A stretch of DNA of 64,000 nucleotides from Candidatus Nanopelagicales bacterium (GTDB lineage Bacteria > Actinomycetota > Actinomycetes > S36-B12): positions 2,456-66,455 of the forward strand of contig JBBATH010000010.1 in the NCBI GenBank assembly GCA_040398845.1, written 5' to 3'. The number at the start of each line of letters is the position of its first letter. Position 1 is the stretch's first letter. The position numbers were made by a program, and so were the translations under genes. A model generated the notes under the pieces. It ran no database searches and was not told the DNA's origin. It saw only the letters and a list, made by a program, of their open reading frames with translations. Below are positions 29,302 through 40,676 of the stretch, piece by piece.

Positions 29302-30968
29302 CCGCCTGCAGGCGGACCCACCGGGATGCGGTTGACCGACGGTCGCATCGTCTCGGCGAAGAAGTCGTTGCCCTTGTCATCGACGACGACGAAGGCCGGA
29401 AAGTCAACGACCTCAATGCGCCATACCGCCTCCATTCCGAGTTCAGGAAAGTCGAGTATTTCGACCTTGGTGATGTTGTCGCGGGCGAGCACAGCTGCAG
29501 GACCACCGATCGAGCCGAGGTAGAAGCCACCATTCGCCCGACAGGCCTCGGTCACCGCTTTGCTCCGGTTGCCCTTCGCGAGCATGACCATCGAGCCGCC
29601 GGCCTTTTGGAACTGATCGACGTAGGAATCCATGCGGCCGGCGGTGGTTGGCCCGAAGGATCCTGACGCGTAGCCGGCCGGGGTCTTGGCCGGCCCGGCG
29701 TAGTAGACGGCGTTATTGCGCATGTATTCAGGGAGCGGCTCGCCGCGGTCGAGCATCGCCTTGATCCGCGAATGGGCGAGGTCCCTTGCGACGACAAGGG
29801 ATCCGGTGAGCGATACGCGGGTCTTCACCGGAAATGCGGAGAGCTGGCTGCGGATGGCGTCCATCGGCTGATCGAGGTCGATTGCCACGACGTCATCGTC
29901 GAGATGAGCGTCGCTGATCTCGGGAAGGAACTGTGCGGGTTCACGCTCGAGCCGCTCGAGGAAGACCCCCTCTGGGGTGATCTTGGCGAGTGCCTGACGG
30001 TCGGCCGAACATGAGACCGCGATCGCCACGGGCAGTGACGCACCATGACGCGGCAGTCGGATGACGCGCACATCGTGGCAGAAGTACTTGCCGCCGAACT
30101 GGGCTCCGATACCGAAGGCCTGGGTCATGCGCCAGATCTCCTGCTCCATCTCGAGATCACGGAAGCTATGTCCGGTGGCCGAGCCATGAACCGGCAACGA
30201 GTCGAGATAGCGGGCACTCGCATACTTCGCGGTCTTTACCGCGAACTCGGCGCTCGTGCCGCCGACGACGACTGCGAGGTGGTACGGCGGGCAGGCTGCG
30301 GTGCCGATCTCGCGGAGCTTCTCGTCGAGGAACGCCGCGAACGAGGTGGGATTGAGCAGGGCCGCTGTCTGCTGGTACAGGTAGCTCTTGTTGGCGCTGC
30401 CCCCACCCTTGGCCATGAACAGGAATTCGTACTGCGCCTCGTGCCCGGCGTGGGTGTTGGCATACAGCTCGATCTGGGCCGGCAAGTTCGTGCCAGTGTT
30501 CCGCTCCTCCCACATCGATAGCGGCGCCATCTGCGAGTAGCGAAGGTTCAATTGCTGGTAGGCGTCGAAAATGCCCCGCGAGAGGTGCTCCTCATCTTGG
30601 CCTGTCGTCCACACGTGCTGTCCCCGCTTGCCCATCACCACGGCCGTCCCGGTGTCCTGGCACATCGGCAGGACACCGCCGGCCGAGATGTTTGCGTTCT
30701 TGAGAAGGTCAAGGGCGACGAAGCGGTCATTCGCGCTCGCCTCCGGATCGTCGAGAATCCGGGCGAGTTGGGCGAGATGACTGGTGCGGAGCAGGTGCGA
30801 GATATCGCGGAGGGCCTCGAACGCCAGGAGACGAAGCGCCTCGGGTTCGACATTGAGAATGGTGCGGCCATCCACCTCAGTGGTGTGGACCCCCTCGGCC
30901 GTGACGAGCCGATATTCGGTGTCGTCCGGGCCGAGCGGAAGCAATTCCTGGTACTGAAACTCAGTCAT
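29298..30968 (-). CDS. Class I (Fe-S) fumarate hydratase
   Basis: 556 aa: [29 protein letters not shown] and a C-terminal beta-domain ([20 protein letters not shown]). Confidence 0.9.
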   Translation of the reverse strand: MTEFQYQELLPLGPDDTEYRLVTAEGVHTTEVDGRTILNVEPEALRLLAFEALRDISHLLRTSHLAQLARILDDPEASANDRFVALDLLKNANISAGGVLPMCQDTGTAVVMGKRGQHVWTTGQDEEHLSRGIFDAYQQLNLRYSQMAPLSMWEERNTGTNLPAQIELYANTHAGHEAQYEFLFMAKGGGSANKSYLYQQTAALLNPTSFAAFLDEKLREIGTAACPPYHLAVVVGGTSAEFAVKTAKYASARYLDSLPVHGSATGHSFRDLEMEQEIWRMTQAFGIGAQFGGKYFCHDVRVIRLPRHGASLPVAIAVSCSADRQALAKITPEGVFLERLEREPAQFLPEISDAHLDDDVVAIDLDQPMDAIRSQLSAFPVKTRVSLTGSLVVARDLAHSRIKAMLDRGEPLPEYMRNNAVYYAGPAKTPAGYASGSFGPTTAGRMDSYVDQFQKAGGSMVMLAKGNRSKAVTEACRANGGFYLGSIGGPAAVLARDNITKVEILDFPELGMEAVWRIEVVDFPAFVVVDDKGNDFFAETMRPSVNRIPVGPPAGG

Positions 30969-30991
30969 GCCGCAAGCCTAGACTGGCGGCT

Positions 30992-32032
30992 TCAGGCGTC
31001 GCTCAATCCTCCATGCACCCCTACGGTGGCGTAGTCGGCGAGTTTGTCGATCCGATGCTCGCTTCGGATATCGCGGATGGTCCCGCTCTTACCTCGCATG
31101 ACGATGGAGTTCGTGACCTGCCCCTCGGGCCGGTAGCGGACGCCATGCAGAAGTTCGCCGTCAGTGATGCCGGTCGCACAGAAGAAGATGTTGTCTCCGG
31201 TCACGAGATCATTCGTGCTAAGAATTCGGTCGAGGTCGTGGCCGGCGTCGAGGGCCTTGCGGCGCTCGGCATCGTCGCGCGGCCAGAGTTTGCCTTGAAT
31301 CACTCCGCCCATGCACACCATCGCGCAGGCAGCGATGATGCCCTCCGGAGTTCCGCCGATGCCAGCCAGCAGGTCGATACCGGTGCCTGGGCGCGCTGCC
31401 ATGATGGCCCCCGCGACGTCGCCATCGGTGATGAACTTGATCCGCGCCCCTGCCTCACGAACACGTGTGACGAGATCCTCATGGCGCGGACGGTCCAGGA
31501 TGCAGACCGTCAGGTCACCGACAGACTCTCCCTTGGCCTTCGCGATCTGCGCGAGGTTCCACTCGATCGGAGCGGTGATGTCGATGACCCCGACGCAGTC
31601 TGGGCCGGCGACCAACTTCTCCATGTAGAACACTGCGCTGGGGTCGAACATCGCACCACGCTCGGCAACGGCGATGACCGAGATCGCATTCGGCATTCCC
31701 TTGGCAGCGAGCGTCGTTCCGTCGATGGGATCGACCGCGACGTCGGCCTCGGGGCCGGTGCCGTCGCCGACATGCTCACCGTTGTAGAGCATCGGAGCGT
31801 CGTCCTTCTCCCCCTCGCCGATGACGACGACGCCGTTCATCGAGACGCTGCCAACGAGCAGGCGCATCGCGTTCACTGCGGCAGCGTCAGCGCCGTTCTT
31901 GTCGCCACGTCCGACCCAGCGGGCCGAGGCCATTGCCGCAGCCTCGGTGACACGCACCAACTCGAGTGCGAGGTTGCGGTCGGGAACATGGCCCGCGGTC
32001 GTCGGGTTTTCGGTCTGGCCTTCATCGGACAT
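30992..32032 (-). CDS. glpX: Class II fructose-1,6-bisphosphatase
   Basis: ATG at 32032: [53 protein letters not shown]. Confidence 0.9.
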   Translation of the reverse strand: MSDEGQTENPTTAGHVPDRNLALELVRVTEAAAMASARWVGRGDKNGADAAAVNAMRLLVGSVSMNGVVVIGEGEKDDAPMLYNGEHVGDGTGPEADVAVDPIDGTTLAAKGMPNAISVIAVAERGAMFDPSAVFYMEKLVAGPDCVGVIDITAPIEWNLAQIAKAKGESVGDLTVCILDRPRHEDLVTRVREAGARIKFITDGDVAGAIMAARPGTGIDLLAGIGGTPEGIIAACAMVCMGGVIQGKLWPRDDAERRKALDAGHDLDRILSTNDLVTGDNIFFCATGITDGELLHGVRYRPEGQVTNSIVMRGKSGTIRDIRSEHRIDKLADYATVGVHGGLSDA

Positions 32033-32099
32033 GGGTGCCCCTCTCGTTGAGCGCAGCGTAGCCTCCCAAGTAGCAGCGTAAGGAGCGTGAAGAGCCGAA

Positions 32100-32672
32100 A
32101 TGGCGCATGATGTGCTCGTGAGTGCAACCGCCCCGAGGCCGACCGGACGACCCAATGCCCGACTGGGCCAGACCGTTGGCGATATGGTGCGTTCGCTCGC
32201 CATCGTGCTCGCGCTCGTCGGCGTGCTCGTCGCCGTAACCTATACATCGCAGTCCGCCGATGTTCGAAGTGTCGACGTGGCCACCGCGCTGGCGCAGGCG
32301 CAGCGTCAAGCCCCGTTCGACCTCAAGGCTTGGACCCCGGGTGAGGGCGACGCCGCAACGAGCGTGCGGTGGCAGGCGACGGATGCTTCGGGGGGCATCC
32401 CGGTGTGGCACGTCGGGTATCTCGTCGACGGGTCGGAGTACCTGCAGATTGCCCAATCAGTCACCACGGAAGCGGGCTTCGTCCCGGAGCAGACGGCGGG
32501 AGGCAGACCCCAGGGCGAGGTGTCCCTCGGCGACGTTCGTTGGCTGCGATTCGAGTCCGCGGGGCGGCGGTCGCTCGTCGGCATCGAGGAAGGTGTCACG
32601 ACCGTCGTGTCAGGCACGCTGCCGTGGTCCGCGATTGAGTCGGCGGCTGTGTCCGTGCGAGAGGGTCGCTAG
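32100..32672 (+). CDS. DUF4245 family membrane-anchored protein
   Basis: 190 aa with an N-terminal TM segment ([18 protein letters not shown]). Divergent from glpX, as is usual in actinobacteria. Confidence 0.7.
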   Translation: MAHDVLVSATAPRPTGRPNARLGQTVGDMVRSLAIVLALVGVLVAVTYTSQSADVRSVDVATALAQAQRQAPFDLKAWTPGEGDAATSVRWQATDASGGIPVWHVGYLVDGSEYLQIAQSVTTEAGFVPEQTAGGRPQGEVSLGDVRWLRFESAGRRSLVGIEEGVTTVVSGTLPWSAIESAAVSVREGR

Positions 32673-32837
32673 CCCCGAAGTCGCCAGCTGTTCGTCACCA
32701 CCTCTAGCGTTCGCGTACCTGGGAGAGGGCGCATCTACCTAACAATTTCGGTCGCCGAGAGATCCCCTTTCTCACGATCTTCCTCCCGCTCGGAGTCATC
32801 CTTTACCGTTGATTGCGGATACGTCGTGAGCGAGCCG

Positions 32838-33068
32838 CTATTCGGGGGTCACGTCTGCTGCGTCAGGGTGTGCCGCCTCGAGTCGGGTGCGCGCTGAATC
32901 CAGCCACCTCTGGCAGCTGGCGGCGAGCTCCTCACCTCGCTCCCACAGGGACAGGGACTGCTCGAGGGTGAGCCCACCGGCCTCAAGCTGCTGCACGACA
33001 GCGCCGAGTTCGTCCCGGGCCGATTCGTAGGACATGGGGGCCGTCGGGCTCGGTGGGCTCTTCGTCAT
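32838..33068 (-). CDS. xseB: Exodeoxyribonuclease VII small subunit
   Basis: 76 aa: SYESARDELGAVVQQLEAGGLTLEQSLSLWERGEELA. Overlaps xseA by 4 nt. Confidence 0.9.
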   Translation of the reverse strand: MTKSPPSPTAPMSYESARDELGAVVQQLEAGGLTLEQSLSLWERGEELAASCQRWLDSARTRLEAAHPDAADVTPE

Positions 33069-34234
33069 ATGGTGCTCCCTTGTTCGTTGACCGGGGCTGA
33101 GATTCGGGTAGACGTGAACTCGCCAGAGGCAAGCCGCACCCTGACCTCATCCCCATTGGCCACCTGGGCCTCGTCTCGGATGATCACTCCGCCGGCGCCC
33201 GTAACGATGGCGTAGCCGCGGTCCAGCGTGGCGGCCGGCGACAGTGCCCGCACACGTGCCGAGAGGTGCGCGATGTCGCGCCTTGAATGCTCGATGAGAT
33301 TGTGGATGATGCTGGAACTTCGCCGCTGACGCTCAACGAGCAGTGAGCCCTCGCGGTCAAGCTGATGTGCCAGATGGATGTTCAGGCGGCGGCGCATGCC
33401 TGCGATGAGTTCCTGCTCCTCGCGAAGTGACGGCACGATTCGCTTGGCGGCATCGGTGGGGGTGGAGGCCCGTAGGTCAGCGACGAGATCGAGGAGCGGG
33501 GTGTCCTGCTCGTGGCCGATCGCGGAGACGACGGGGGTCGTGCAGGCGGCTACCGCGCGCACGAGGGATTCGTTGCTGAAGGGGAGCAGATCCTCAACAC
33601 TTCCGCCACCACGCGCAATGACGATGACATCAACCCCGGGATGGGAGTCGAGATCAGCGAGAGCCTCGGTCACTGCTGGGACAGCGGCCACCCCCTGCAC
33701 GGCGACCTCGCGGATCTCGAATTGCACCGCAGGCCAACGCTCTCTGGCGTTCACGAGTACGTCGGTCATGGCCGCACTTGCCCGACCGCAGATGAGGCCC
33801 ACGCACTGCGGAATGAAGGGGAGAGGCCGCTTGCGGGCGGGGGAGAACAGGCCTTCAGCCGCGAGGACCCCCTTCAATCGCTCCAGTTGGGCGAGCAGTT
33901 CGCCGATGCCGACGGGTCGGATCTCCTTGGCTCGCATCTGGAGGCTGCCGCGCCCGGACCAGAACTCCGGCCGGGCGAAGACCAAGACCCGCTGGCCCGC
34001 CTCGATCGGGGGCGTCATGGATCCAAGGAGTGCGGCGTCGGCGACGATGGTGAGTGACATGTCAACATCTGGGTCGCGAAGGGTGAGGTACAGGTTTCGG
34101 GCACCGGGCCGCGGCCGGAATTCGGCGACCTGCCCGTCGATCCATATCGGACCGAGTCGACCGATCCAGTCTGAGAGCATGCGGGACACTGTCCGGACGG
34201 GCGCCGGCTTCTCGGGGCTGGATTCAAAGGCCAC
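33065..34234 (-). CDS. xseA: Exodeoxyribonuclease VII large subunit
   Basis: PAPVRTVSRMLSDWIGRLGPIWIDGQVAEF (OB fold), VIVIARGGGSVEDLLPFSNE. GTG at 34234 avoids overlap with the upstream gene. Confidence 0.9.
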   Translation of the reverse strand: MAFESSPEKPAPVRTVSRMLSDWIGRLGPIWIDGQVAEFRPRPGARNLYLTLRDPDVDMSLTIVADAALLGSMTPPIEAGQRVLVFARPEFWSGRGSLQMRAKEIRPVGIGELLAQLERLKGVLAAEGLFSPARKRPLPFIPQCVGLICGRASAAMTDVLVNARERWPAVQFEIREVAVQGVAAVPAVTEALADLDSHPGVDVIVIARGGGSVEDLLPFSNESLVRAVAACTTPVVSAIGHEQDTPLLDLVADLRASTPTDAAKRIVPSLREEQELIAGMRRRLNIHLAHQLDREGSLLVERQRRSSSIIHNLIEHSRRDIAHLSARVRALSPAATLDRGYAIVTGAGGVIIRDEAQVANGDEVRVRLASGEFTSTRISAPVNEQGSTI

Positions 34235-34236
34235 TG

Positions 34237-34746
34237 CTATTCGCGGCCATCTGTGGGGGCCTTTGGGGTGGGCGCCGTCATGCGCGCCGAGTAGTCCCAA
34301 GAAGTGACCGCGAGGTCACTGATCTTGATGGCGACCTCGACGTCGAGCCGGGAGAGCAGCCAGTCTGCGAGCGTCGAGGGCTCATCGCCGAGGTATCGGT
34401 CGATGAGAAGCGGGAGGATGCGCGCCGCCTCGCTGGAGTGCAGGCTGGCCTGCCCCGTCCCCCTGACCCCCATGTATGGCGGGAGGTCGCCGGACACCTC
34501 GAAGGCGCAGTTCGGATTATTTCGAAGTCGTTGCGCTAGGACCGAGTCGGCCTGGGCACAGCACCACAGTGCGCTGTTCGCATAGAGGAACCAATGTGAT
34601 TGGACGAGCGGGAATTTACGGCCAATGGAGGCGATGCGCACGGGAATGGCGGTCTCATGGAGGAATCGCTCGACGGTGTCGAGGTCCCATGCGCCAGAGC
34701 GAAGCGTCGGCGGTGTATCGAATCCCATGAGTGAATTGTCGTGCAC
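34237..34746 (-). CDS. Pyridoxamine 5'-phosphate oxidase-like (PPOX-class) family protein
   Basis: 169 aa with a split-barrel-like pattern ([14 protein letters not shown]..., [21 protein letters not shown]). Confidence 0.55.
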   Translation of the reverse strand: MHDNSLMGFDTPPTLRSGAWDLDTVERFLHETAIPVRIASIGRKFPLVQSHWFLYANSALWCCAQADSVLAQRLRNNPNCAFEVSGDLPPYMGVRGTGQASLHSSEAARILPLLIDRYLGDEPSTLADWLLSRLDVEVAIKISDLAVTSWDYSARMTAPTPKAPTDGRE

Positions 34747-34765
34747 TGCGGCCTACGATGGAACC

Positions 34766-35746
34766 ATGCCTCAGCCAAAGCGTGTCCTCCTCGCAGCACC
34801 TCGCGGCTACTGCGCTGGAGTTGATCGCGCGGTCGTCTCAGTGGAGAAGGCCCTCGAGCTCTATGGCCCTCCGGTGTATGTCCGCAAGGAGATCGTCCAC
34901 AACAAGTACGTCGTGGCGTCATTGGAGTCGCGGGGGGCGATTTTCGTCGATGAGGTGGAGGAGATCCCTGAAGGGTCGACCGTCGTGTTCTCGGCCCACG
35001 GGGTCGCGCCGGCAGTGCATTCAGACTCGGCGGACCGTGGACTGAAGACCATTGATGCCACCTGCCCGCTCGTGACAAAGGTGCATGCGGAGGCTCGGCG
35101 CTTTGCCGGTGAGGGTTACCAGATCGTCCTCGTCGGACATGAGGGCCATGAGGAGGTCGTCGGGACCACCGGTGAGGCTCCTGATGTCATCACCCTTGTT
35201 CAAGACCCGATCGAGGCGGCTTCAGTCGTTCTCCCGGAAACGGACAAGCTCATCTGGCTCTCGCAGACGACCCTCTCCGTCGATGAGACCCTTCAGACGA
35301 TCGAGGTGCTGAAGGGGCGCTACCCGAACCTCATGAGCCCGCCGAGCGACGACATTTGCTACGCCACCCAGAATCGCCAGGTGGCGGTGAAGGAGATCGC
35401 TCCGCAGTGTGATGTGCTTATCGTGGTCGGGTCGGGGAACTCATCGAACTCCGTGCGACTGGTCGAGGTGGCCCTTGATGCGGGGGCACGGGCCTCGCAT
35501 CGAGTTGACAGTGCCGCGGAACTGAAGGAGTCCTGGTTCGAGGAGGCATTCACCGTCGGGCTCACCAGTGGGGCATCGGTGCCAGAGGTTCTCGTCGACG
35601 AGGTGCTCGCTTGGCTGGCAGAACGGGACTTTGTCACGGTCGAATTGGTGAAGACGGCCGAGGAAACCCTCGTGTTCTCCCTACCCCCGGAACTACGCAG
35701 GGATCTGAAGGCTGCGTCGCTGCAGATGGTGTCGCCAAAGGAGTAG
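34766..35746 (+). CDS. ispH: 4-hydroxy-3-methylbut-2-enyl diphosphate reductase
   Basis: ATG at 34766: [67 protein letters not shown]. Confidence 0.95.
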   Translation: MPQPKRVLLAAPRGYCAGVDRAVVSVEKALELYGPPVYVRKEIVHNKYVVASLESRGAIFVDEVEEIPEGSTVVFSAHGVAPAVHSDSADRGLKTIDATCPLVTKVHAEARRFAGEGYQIVLVGHEGHEEVVGTTGEAPDVITLVQDPIEAASVVLPETDKLIWLSQTTLSVDETLQTIEVLKGRYPNLMSPPSDDICYATQNRQVAVKEIAPQCDVLIVVGSGNSSNSVRLVEVALDAGARASHRVDSAAELKESWFEEAFTVGLTSGASVPEVLVDEVLAWLAERDFVTVELVKTAEETLVFSLPPELRRDLKAASLQMVSPKE

Positions 35747-35751
35747 TCGTA

Positions 35752-36708
35752 CTATTCAGCGCGCCGGCGCCGCCAGACAACTATTCCGAGTGCCGCGGCC
35801 GCAGGGCCGATGACCCAGTACCAGCCGTTTGACAGCATAAAGAACACATCAAGGAAGCGTCCGGTTACACCCGCGCTGCCGCTGAGTCCTATCTGGCCAA
35901 CCGTCATGCAGGCCACGAAGAACGCGATTGGGGGCGCGATGACAGCGACGGCCGCATCTGGCATGCGCACCCGCACTGCCACGAGGGCGCTCGCGATAAG
36001 AAGCACCAACCCGGTGAGCAGACCGGTGGCGGACCCGAGGAGCAAGGCTGAGGCCAGACCCGCCACGAACGTGGCACCGATCACGATGGCGTACGCGGCG
36101 TTCGGCCTCAGGCCGGCGTGCCAATCGAAGTCATGCATCGAGTCAGCTGCCCAGAACCCCTCGGATGCAGGCTCGTAGGAGCCGCGGATGTCATCGAATT
36201 CCTCAATGGGTCCAGGAGCGGGAAACGAATTCTTGGGGTGCATCGCGGCTGCTGCAACCGAGATGGGTACGACCCGCGGTGGGGGTTGCTCGGCGGGTTC
36301 AAGTGGGTCAACTAGTCCGGTCCTAGGTTCAAGGGGTTCAGGCTCGACGCCGGGCTCAGCGAAGGCTTCCTCGAAATAGTCATTGCGAGGGAGCGGCTCG
36401 AAGGTCCTCGAGGTAAGAATCGGGGCAACCGGCTCGTTGTGCTCCAGACGCAAGGTCCGAAGGCGGGGGACCTCGGTTGCTGGGACCGCTGTCAGTGCCG
36501 AGGCGTCTGCCTGCGCATGGACACTTCGAAAGAGCCTGCCGGTGTCGACGAGGTTGCGGCCCGCCGGCGGGATGACCTCCGCCACGTCGGGGACGAGGCT
36601 GGGCGTGGCGTACGAGCTATGGAGCATGTCCTCTGGCTCTGGCCGGAACAGGCGGTCGTAGGCGTCGTCATCCGATACATCGCGCACGGCACCAAACCCT
36701 TCACTCAT
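35752..36708 (-). CDS. DUF6542-like membrane protein with a Pro-rich N-terminal region
   Basis: 318 aa with a disordered P/E-rich N-terminal half and 3-4 C-terminal TM helices ending WRRRRAE. Confidence 0.55.
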   Translation of the reverse strand: MSEGFGAVRDVSDDDAYDRLFRPEPEDMLHSSYATPSLVPDVAEVIPPAGRNLVDTGRLFRSVHAQADASALTAVPATEVPRLRTLRLEHNEPVAPILTSRTFEPLPRNDYFEEAFAEPGVEPEPLEPRTGLVDPLEPAEQPPPRVVPISVAAAAMHPKNSFPAPGPIEEFDDIRGSYEPASEGFWAADSMHDFDWHAGLRPNAAYAIVIGATFVAGLASALLLGSATGLLTGLVLLIASALVAVRVRMPDAAVAVIAPPIAFFVACMTVGQIGLSGSAGVTGRFLDVFFMLSNGWYWVIGPAAAALGIVVWRRRRAE

Positions 36709-36721
36709 GCCCCTACGTTAC

Positions 36722-37852
36722 TCAACTGGTGATCTCAATAAGTGGAACCTGCCCGAAATCGCTCTTCGCGTCGGTCAACTCCGGCGCGAGGAGGGTGCGA
36801 ACCCGCTCGTTGATCAACGGGACCTCGGCAAGTGGGGTGTCGGTGACTCCGAAGTCGTTGAAGGCACGTGCGGTGACGAGGACCCGACTCTCCAGCGAAG
36901 CAACCGCCTTGTTGTAGTTGGTGACCGCCGCGTCGAGTGAAGAGCCGACCCGGGTGAAGTGGAGGGCCATCGTCGAGAGCCGAGCATGCAGCTCCTTACC
37001 GAGCTGCTGGATCTCCTCGGCGTGCTGGGCCAGGCGTTCTTGGCGCCACGAAAGGCTGACGGTGCGAAGGAGGGCGAACAGGGTGGTCGGAGTTGCCGGA
37101 ACGACATTGCGCGAGAAGGCATGGTCGAGCAGATCTGGCCGGGCGTCAAGCGCGGCCTCGAGCAGCGACTCCGAAGGGAGAAACATGACGATGAACTCGC
37201 AGTTGTTGGGGATGAAACGCTGGTAGTCCCTTCCCTGGAGCGCATCGATGTGGCGGATGAGGTCGGTTGCATGCTGCTTCATGAGGAGATTCGTGGTGGC
37301 CTCATCGGTACTGCGCTCCGCTTCGAGAAAGGCATTGAGGGGGACCTTGGCGTCGACGACGATGCACCGGTCGGCTGCGAGGTTAATGATCATGTCGGGT
37401 CGGACGACGCCAGAGTCCCCCTGGTGGGGGGCCTGCTCGGTGAAGTGGACGCGGTCGAGCATGCCGGCGGATTCGACGAGTCGACGCAGTTGCATCTCGC
37501 CCCAGCGGCCCCGGGCCCCGGTCCGCCCGAGGACTGAGCTGAGGCGAGACGCCTCGCGACGGACATCGTCGCTTGATTTAGTCAGGGCGGTGACGGAGTG
37601 GCTCAGCTGCGAGGTCAGCTCGGTGCGCAAGGTGGCCTGGGCGATGACGTTCTCACGCTCTGTGCGCTGGACCTGATCGGCGAGAGCGCTGAGCGATGCG
37701 GTCACGGGGCCGAGGGCGTCGTTCCATGGTGAGGCGGTGGAGAGGCGGCTGGAGCGACGGCCGAGCATCACGCCCATAACGATGCATGCGAGCACGGCGC
37801 ACGATGCCACAGTCGCAAGAAGGATGAGGGGAAGCAAGGTCGTCGTTGTCAT
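36722..37852 (-). CDS. rmuC: DNA recombination protein RmuC
   Basis: ATG at 37852, an N-terminal TM segment, a coiled-coil, then GRWGEMQLRRLVE..., FIVMFLPSE, NVVPATPTTL. Confidence 0.85.
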   Translation of the reverse strand: MTTTTLLPLILLATVASCAVLACIVMGVMLGRRSSRLSTASPWNDALGPVTASLSALADQVQRTERENVIAQATLRTELTSQLSHSVTALTKSSDDVRREASRLSSVLGRTGARGRWGEMQLRRLVESAGMLDRVHFTEQAPHQGDSGVVRPDMIINLAADRCIVVDAKVPLNAFLEAERSTDEATTNLLMKQHATDLIRHIDALQGRDYQRFIPNNCEFIVMFLPSESLLEAALDARPDLLDHAFSRNVVPATPTTLFALLRTVSLSWRQERLAQHAEEIQQLGKELHARLSTMALHFTRVGSSLDAAVTNYNKAVASLESRVLVTARAFNDFGVTDTPLAEVPLINERVRTLLAPELTDAKSDFGQVPLIEITS

Positions 37853-38089
37853 GAAGGCAGGGTCCCACGCCCGTCTGACATCGAAGAGAAGCCTCGCAGC
37901 TGTCACTGCTGCGAGTATTCCGTCATGAATTGGAACCCAAAGGTCCCTGAATTGCGAGTGGAGGACTTCTAAGCAACGCTTCGTATCCTTGGATTTCAAC
38001 GGAGCGCAACTCATGATCGAGGCGGACCACGACGATGCCTCGCTGGTTGGCGCGATGGTGTCACCTCGTGGACGCGGGTGAATCCGCAG

Positions 38090-38236
38090 ATCGACGTTCC
38101 TTACCGGCCTGCTCGGGAACGTTGGTACGAGACCTCCGAGGGTTCGGTCGGGCAGTTCGAACTGCTCGTCCAGGACCCTGACGGTTCCCTCATCCGTCTC
38201 GTCTCGGACGTTCAGGAGGTGGTTGTCGCGCTGTGA
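38090..38236 (+). pseudogene. Possible remnant of a VOC/glyoxalase-family gene (C-terminal about 48 codons, no start)
   Basis: Frame reads ...RERWYETSEGSVGQFELLVQDPDGSLIRLVSDVQEVVVAL*. The xDPDGxxIxL motif is typical of VOC C-termini. A stop lies upstream in the same frame. Confidence 0.3.
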
Positions 38237-38377
38237 TGAGTGTTTCCCCTCAGGCCTATGACTGCAGATATTCGGATGCGGGCCGCTACTCTTGACCTTC
38301 GGCGGGCCTGTCCGCCACGTCCGTCGTGCTCCCTCGCCGCACGGTCAGCCCGTGACGATGAAGAAGGATTTATCACC

Positions 38378-39451
38378 TTGGCACTCACTATCGGCATCGT
38401 CGGACTCCCAAACGTCGGAAAGTCGACGCTCTTCAACGCGCTTACGAAGAACAACGTGCTCGCTGCGAACTACCCATTCGCGACGATCGAGCCCAACACG
38501 GGCGTGGTTGGGGTTCCCGATTCGCGCCTTGCAGTGCTCGCTGGGATCTTCGGTTCCCAAAAGCTCCTGCCCGCGACTGTCACGTTCGTTGACATCGCCG
38601 GCATCGTCAAGGGGGCGAGCGAGGGCGCCGGCCTTGGCAACAAGTTCCTCGCGAACATCCGCGAGTCCGACGCGATCTGCCAGGTGCTTCGTGCCTTCAC
38701 CGATGACGATGTCGTCCACGTCGAGGGCCGGGTCTCTCCTGAGGATGACATGGAGACGATTAACACCGAGCTAATCCTCGCCGACCTCCAGACCCTCGAC
38801 AAGGCGATCCCGCGGTTGCAGAAGGAGTCGCGTACAGACAAGTCGAGGGCCGCGATCGTTCAGGCGGCTGAAGAGGCGAGGGCGCTTCTTGATCAGGGCA
38901 CCACGATCTTCGCCTCGAAGATCGACCCAGCGCCGCTGCGTGAGCTCTTCCTCCTCACCGCCAAGCCATTCGTCTACGTCATCAATGTCGACGAGGCCGA
39001 GCTCGGCGACGCCGCCTTCATCCAGCGGATGAAGGACCTCGTCGCTCCTGGCGAGGCTGTCTTCCTCGACGCCAAGCTCGAGGCCGAGCTCAGCGAGCTT
39101 GACGATGACGAGGCACTCGAGCTCCTGCAGTCGGTGGGCCAAGGCGAGCCGGGCCTGAACGCCCTGGCGCGGGTCGGGTTCGACACGCTCGGCCTGCAGA
39201 CCTACCTCACCTCAGGGCCCAAGGAGGCTCGCGCCTGGACCATCCCCAAGGGGGCGACCGCGCCCGAGGCCGCCGGGGTCATCCATACCGACTTCCAGAA
39301 GGGCTTCATCAAGGCCGAGGTCGTGTCGTTCGACGACCTCGTCGACGCGGGGTCCATGGCCGAGGCCAAGGCCAAGGGCAAGGTGCGGATCGAGGGCAAG
39401 GAATACGTGATGCAGGACGGCGACGTCGTCGAGTTCCGCTTCAACGTGTGA
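38378..39451 (+). CDS. ychF: Redox-regulated ATPase YchF
   Basis: TTG at 38378 gives (M)ALTIGIVGLPNVGKSTLFNALT. NYPFATIEPN, DIAGIV and a TGS domain at the C-terminus. Confidence 0.9.
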   Translation: MALTIGIVGLPNVGKSTLFNALTKNNVLAANYPFATIEPNTGVVGVPDSRLAVLAGIFGSQKLLPATVTFVDIAGIVKGASEGAGLGNKFLANIRESDAICQVLRAFTDDDVVHVEGRVSPEDDMETINTELILADLQTLDKAIPRLQKESRTDKSRAAIVQAAEEARALLDQGTTIFASKIDPAPLRELFLLTAKPFVYVINVDEAELGDAAFIQRMKDLVAPGEAVFLDAKLEAELSELDDDEALELLQSVGQGEPGLNALARVGFDTLGLQTYLTSGPKEARAWTIPKGATAPEAAGVIHTDFQKGFIKAEVVSFDDLVDAGSMAEAKAKGKVRIEGKEYVMQDGDVVEFRFNV

Positions 39452-39471
39452 CGATTTAATCTTGAGGAGAC

Positions 39472-39801
39472 ATGGCGCCTGCTGATGTGCATCCGCCCGG
39501 TCGACGTCGCCTCAGGAGTGCAGTTCGCGATGACGGGTATGAGACTTGGACCATCGCAGACGAGCAATATGGCGTCCTGCGGGCGTTCATCCTTGACACC
39601 ATCGAGGACCTTGATGACGGGGATGGGGTTCTACTCAAGGACTTAATTTCGGTCGCGGAAATCCAACTTTCAGGGCATCCAAGTTTCCCCAGCGGCCGCT
39701 TCACGAACTGGATCCGGTTCGTCAAAGTCGATCTGGAATGTGAGGGCGTCATCGAACGCGTGGGGACCAAGACTCCCCAGCGAGTCAGACTCCGGGAATA
39801 A
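39472..39801 (+). CDS. Small conserved hypothetical protein (DUF6958-like)
   Basis: 109 aa. The C-terminus FPSGRFTNWIRFVKVDLECEGVIERV...PQRVRL resembles that family as I recall it. Confidence 0.5.
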   Translation: MAPADVHPPGRRRLRSAVRDDGYETWTIADEQYGVLRAFILDTIEDLDDGDGVLLKDLISVAEIQLSGHPSFPSGRFTNWIRFVKVDLECEGVIERVGTKTPQRVRLRE

Positions 39802-39813
39802 CTGAACTCATGC

Positions 39814-40308
39814 TTGCTCGTGGAGGATCGGTGTGGTGAACGTCGCGACATGATGCAAAGACTTGAGGTTTTCCGGGACATCGCCGCGTCTCCCGAGCGG
39901 GTGTACGCAGCAATTTCTGACGTGACACGTATGGGTGAATGGTCGTTGGAATGTGAGGCCTGCGAGTGGCATGAGGGCTTTGATGGGCCGGTGGTCGGAG
40001 CGACGTTCGACGGCCACAACCGCAACGGCGAACTCGTGTGGACGACTCAGGGCAAGGTTGTCGAGGCTGAACCAGGCCGAGCCTTTGTCTTCGAGTGTTT
40101 TGCGGGGACGTATCACTATTCCACTTGGGGCTACCGGTTCGAGCCGACCGAAACGGGCTGCCGGGTCACCGAGTGGAGCGAAGACCTTCGACCCGAGTCT
40201 GCTCTAGAAATGAGCAAGAAGATCTCGGGGATCGATGATTGAGTCGAGCGCAATCGCGACACGATGGGCCTGACGTTGGAACGTGTCGCTGCAGCCGTAG
40301 AGCATTGA
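39814..40308 (+). pseudogene. SRPBCC (polyketide cyclase/dehydrase-like) family gene with an in-frame TGA at 40240-40242
   Basis: The 142-aa ORF (VFRDIAASPERVYAAISDVTRMGEWS...) ends GIDD*. The same frame continues VERNRDTMGLTLERVAAAVEH* to 40308. Confidence 0.6.
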
Positions 40309-40478
40309 TCCGCGCGTTGACGAGTCGTGACTCCGCCGCATGATCCAGGTCGGCCATCGCATCCAGGTGCGACTTGCGGGCCGCGACTCGGAACTCGACT
40401 CTCGACAGGCGCGGATCATCGGCGACGTCGGGGTGTTTGCCGGATTCCTCGTTCGACGAGGCGGTTGAAGATGCCCGC

Positions 40479-40517
40479 AGGGAAGCGCTGATTTTCCTAG
40501 CCCTCCTCATCCCTCGG
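40479..40517. repeat. Left arm of an approximately 40-bp inverted repeat (AGGGAAGCGCTGATTTTCCTAGCCCTCCTCATCCCTCGG)
   Basis: Its reverse complement recurs at 41032-41071 with two 1-nt indels. The core TCAGCGCTTCCCTA also occurs at 40591-40604. Confidence 0.85.
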
Positions 40518-40676
40518 CTCTGACCTGGCCGAAGCGGCACTACCTCGACTCACCACGCTTGCTCGGAAACAACCCTCGCGGCGAACACCCCGATGATCAG
40601 CGCTTCCCTAGTCCAAGGCGTTGGCTTGACGGCGCCTCAAAACGTGCACACATGTGCGTTTCAGGAGTTAACCCAC

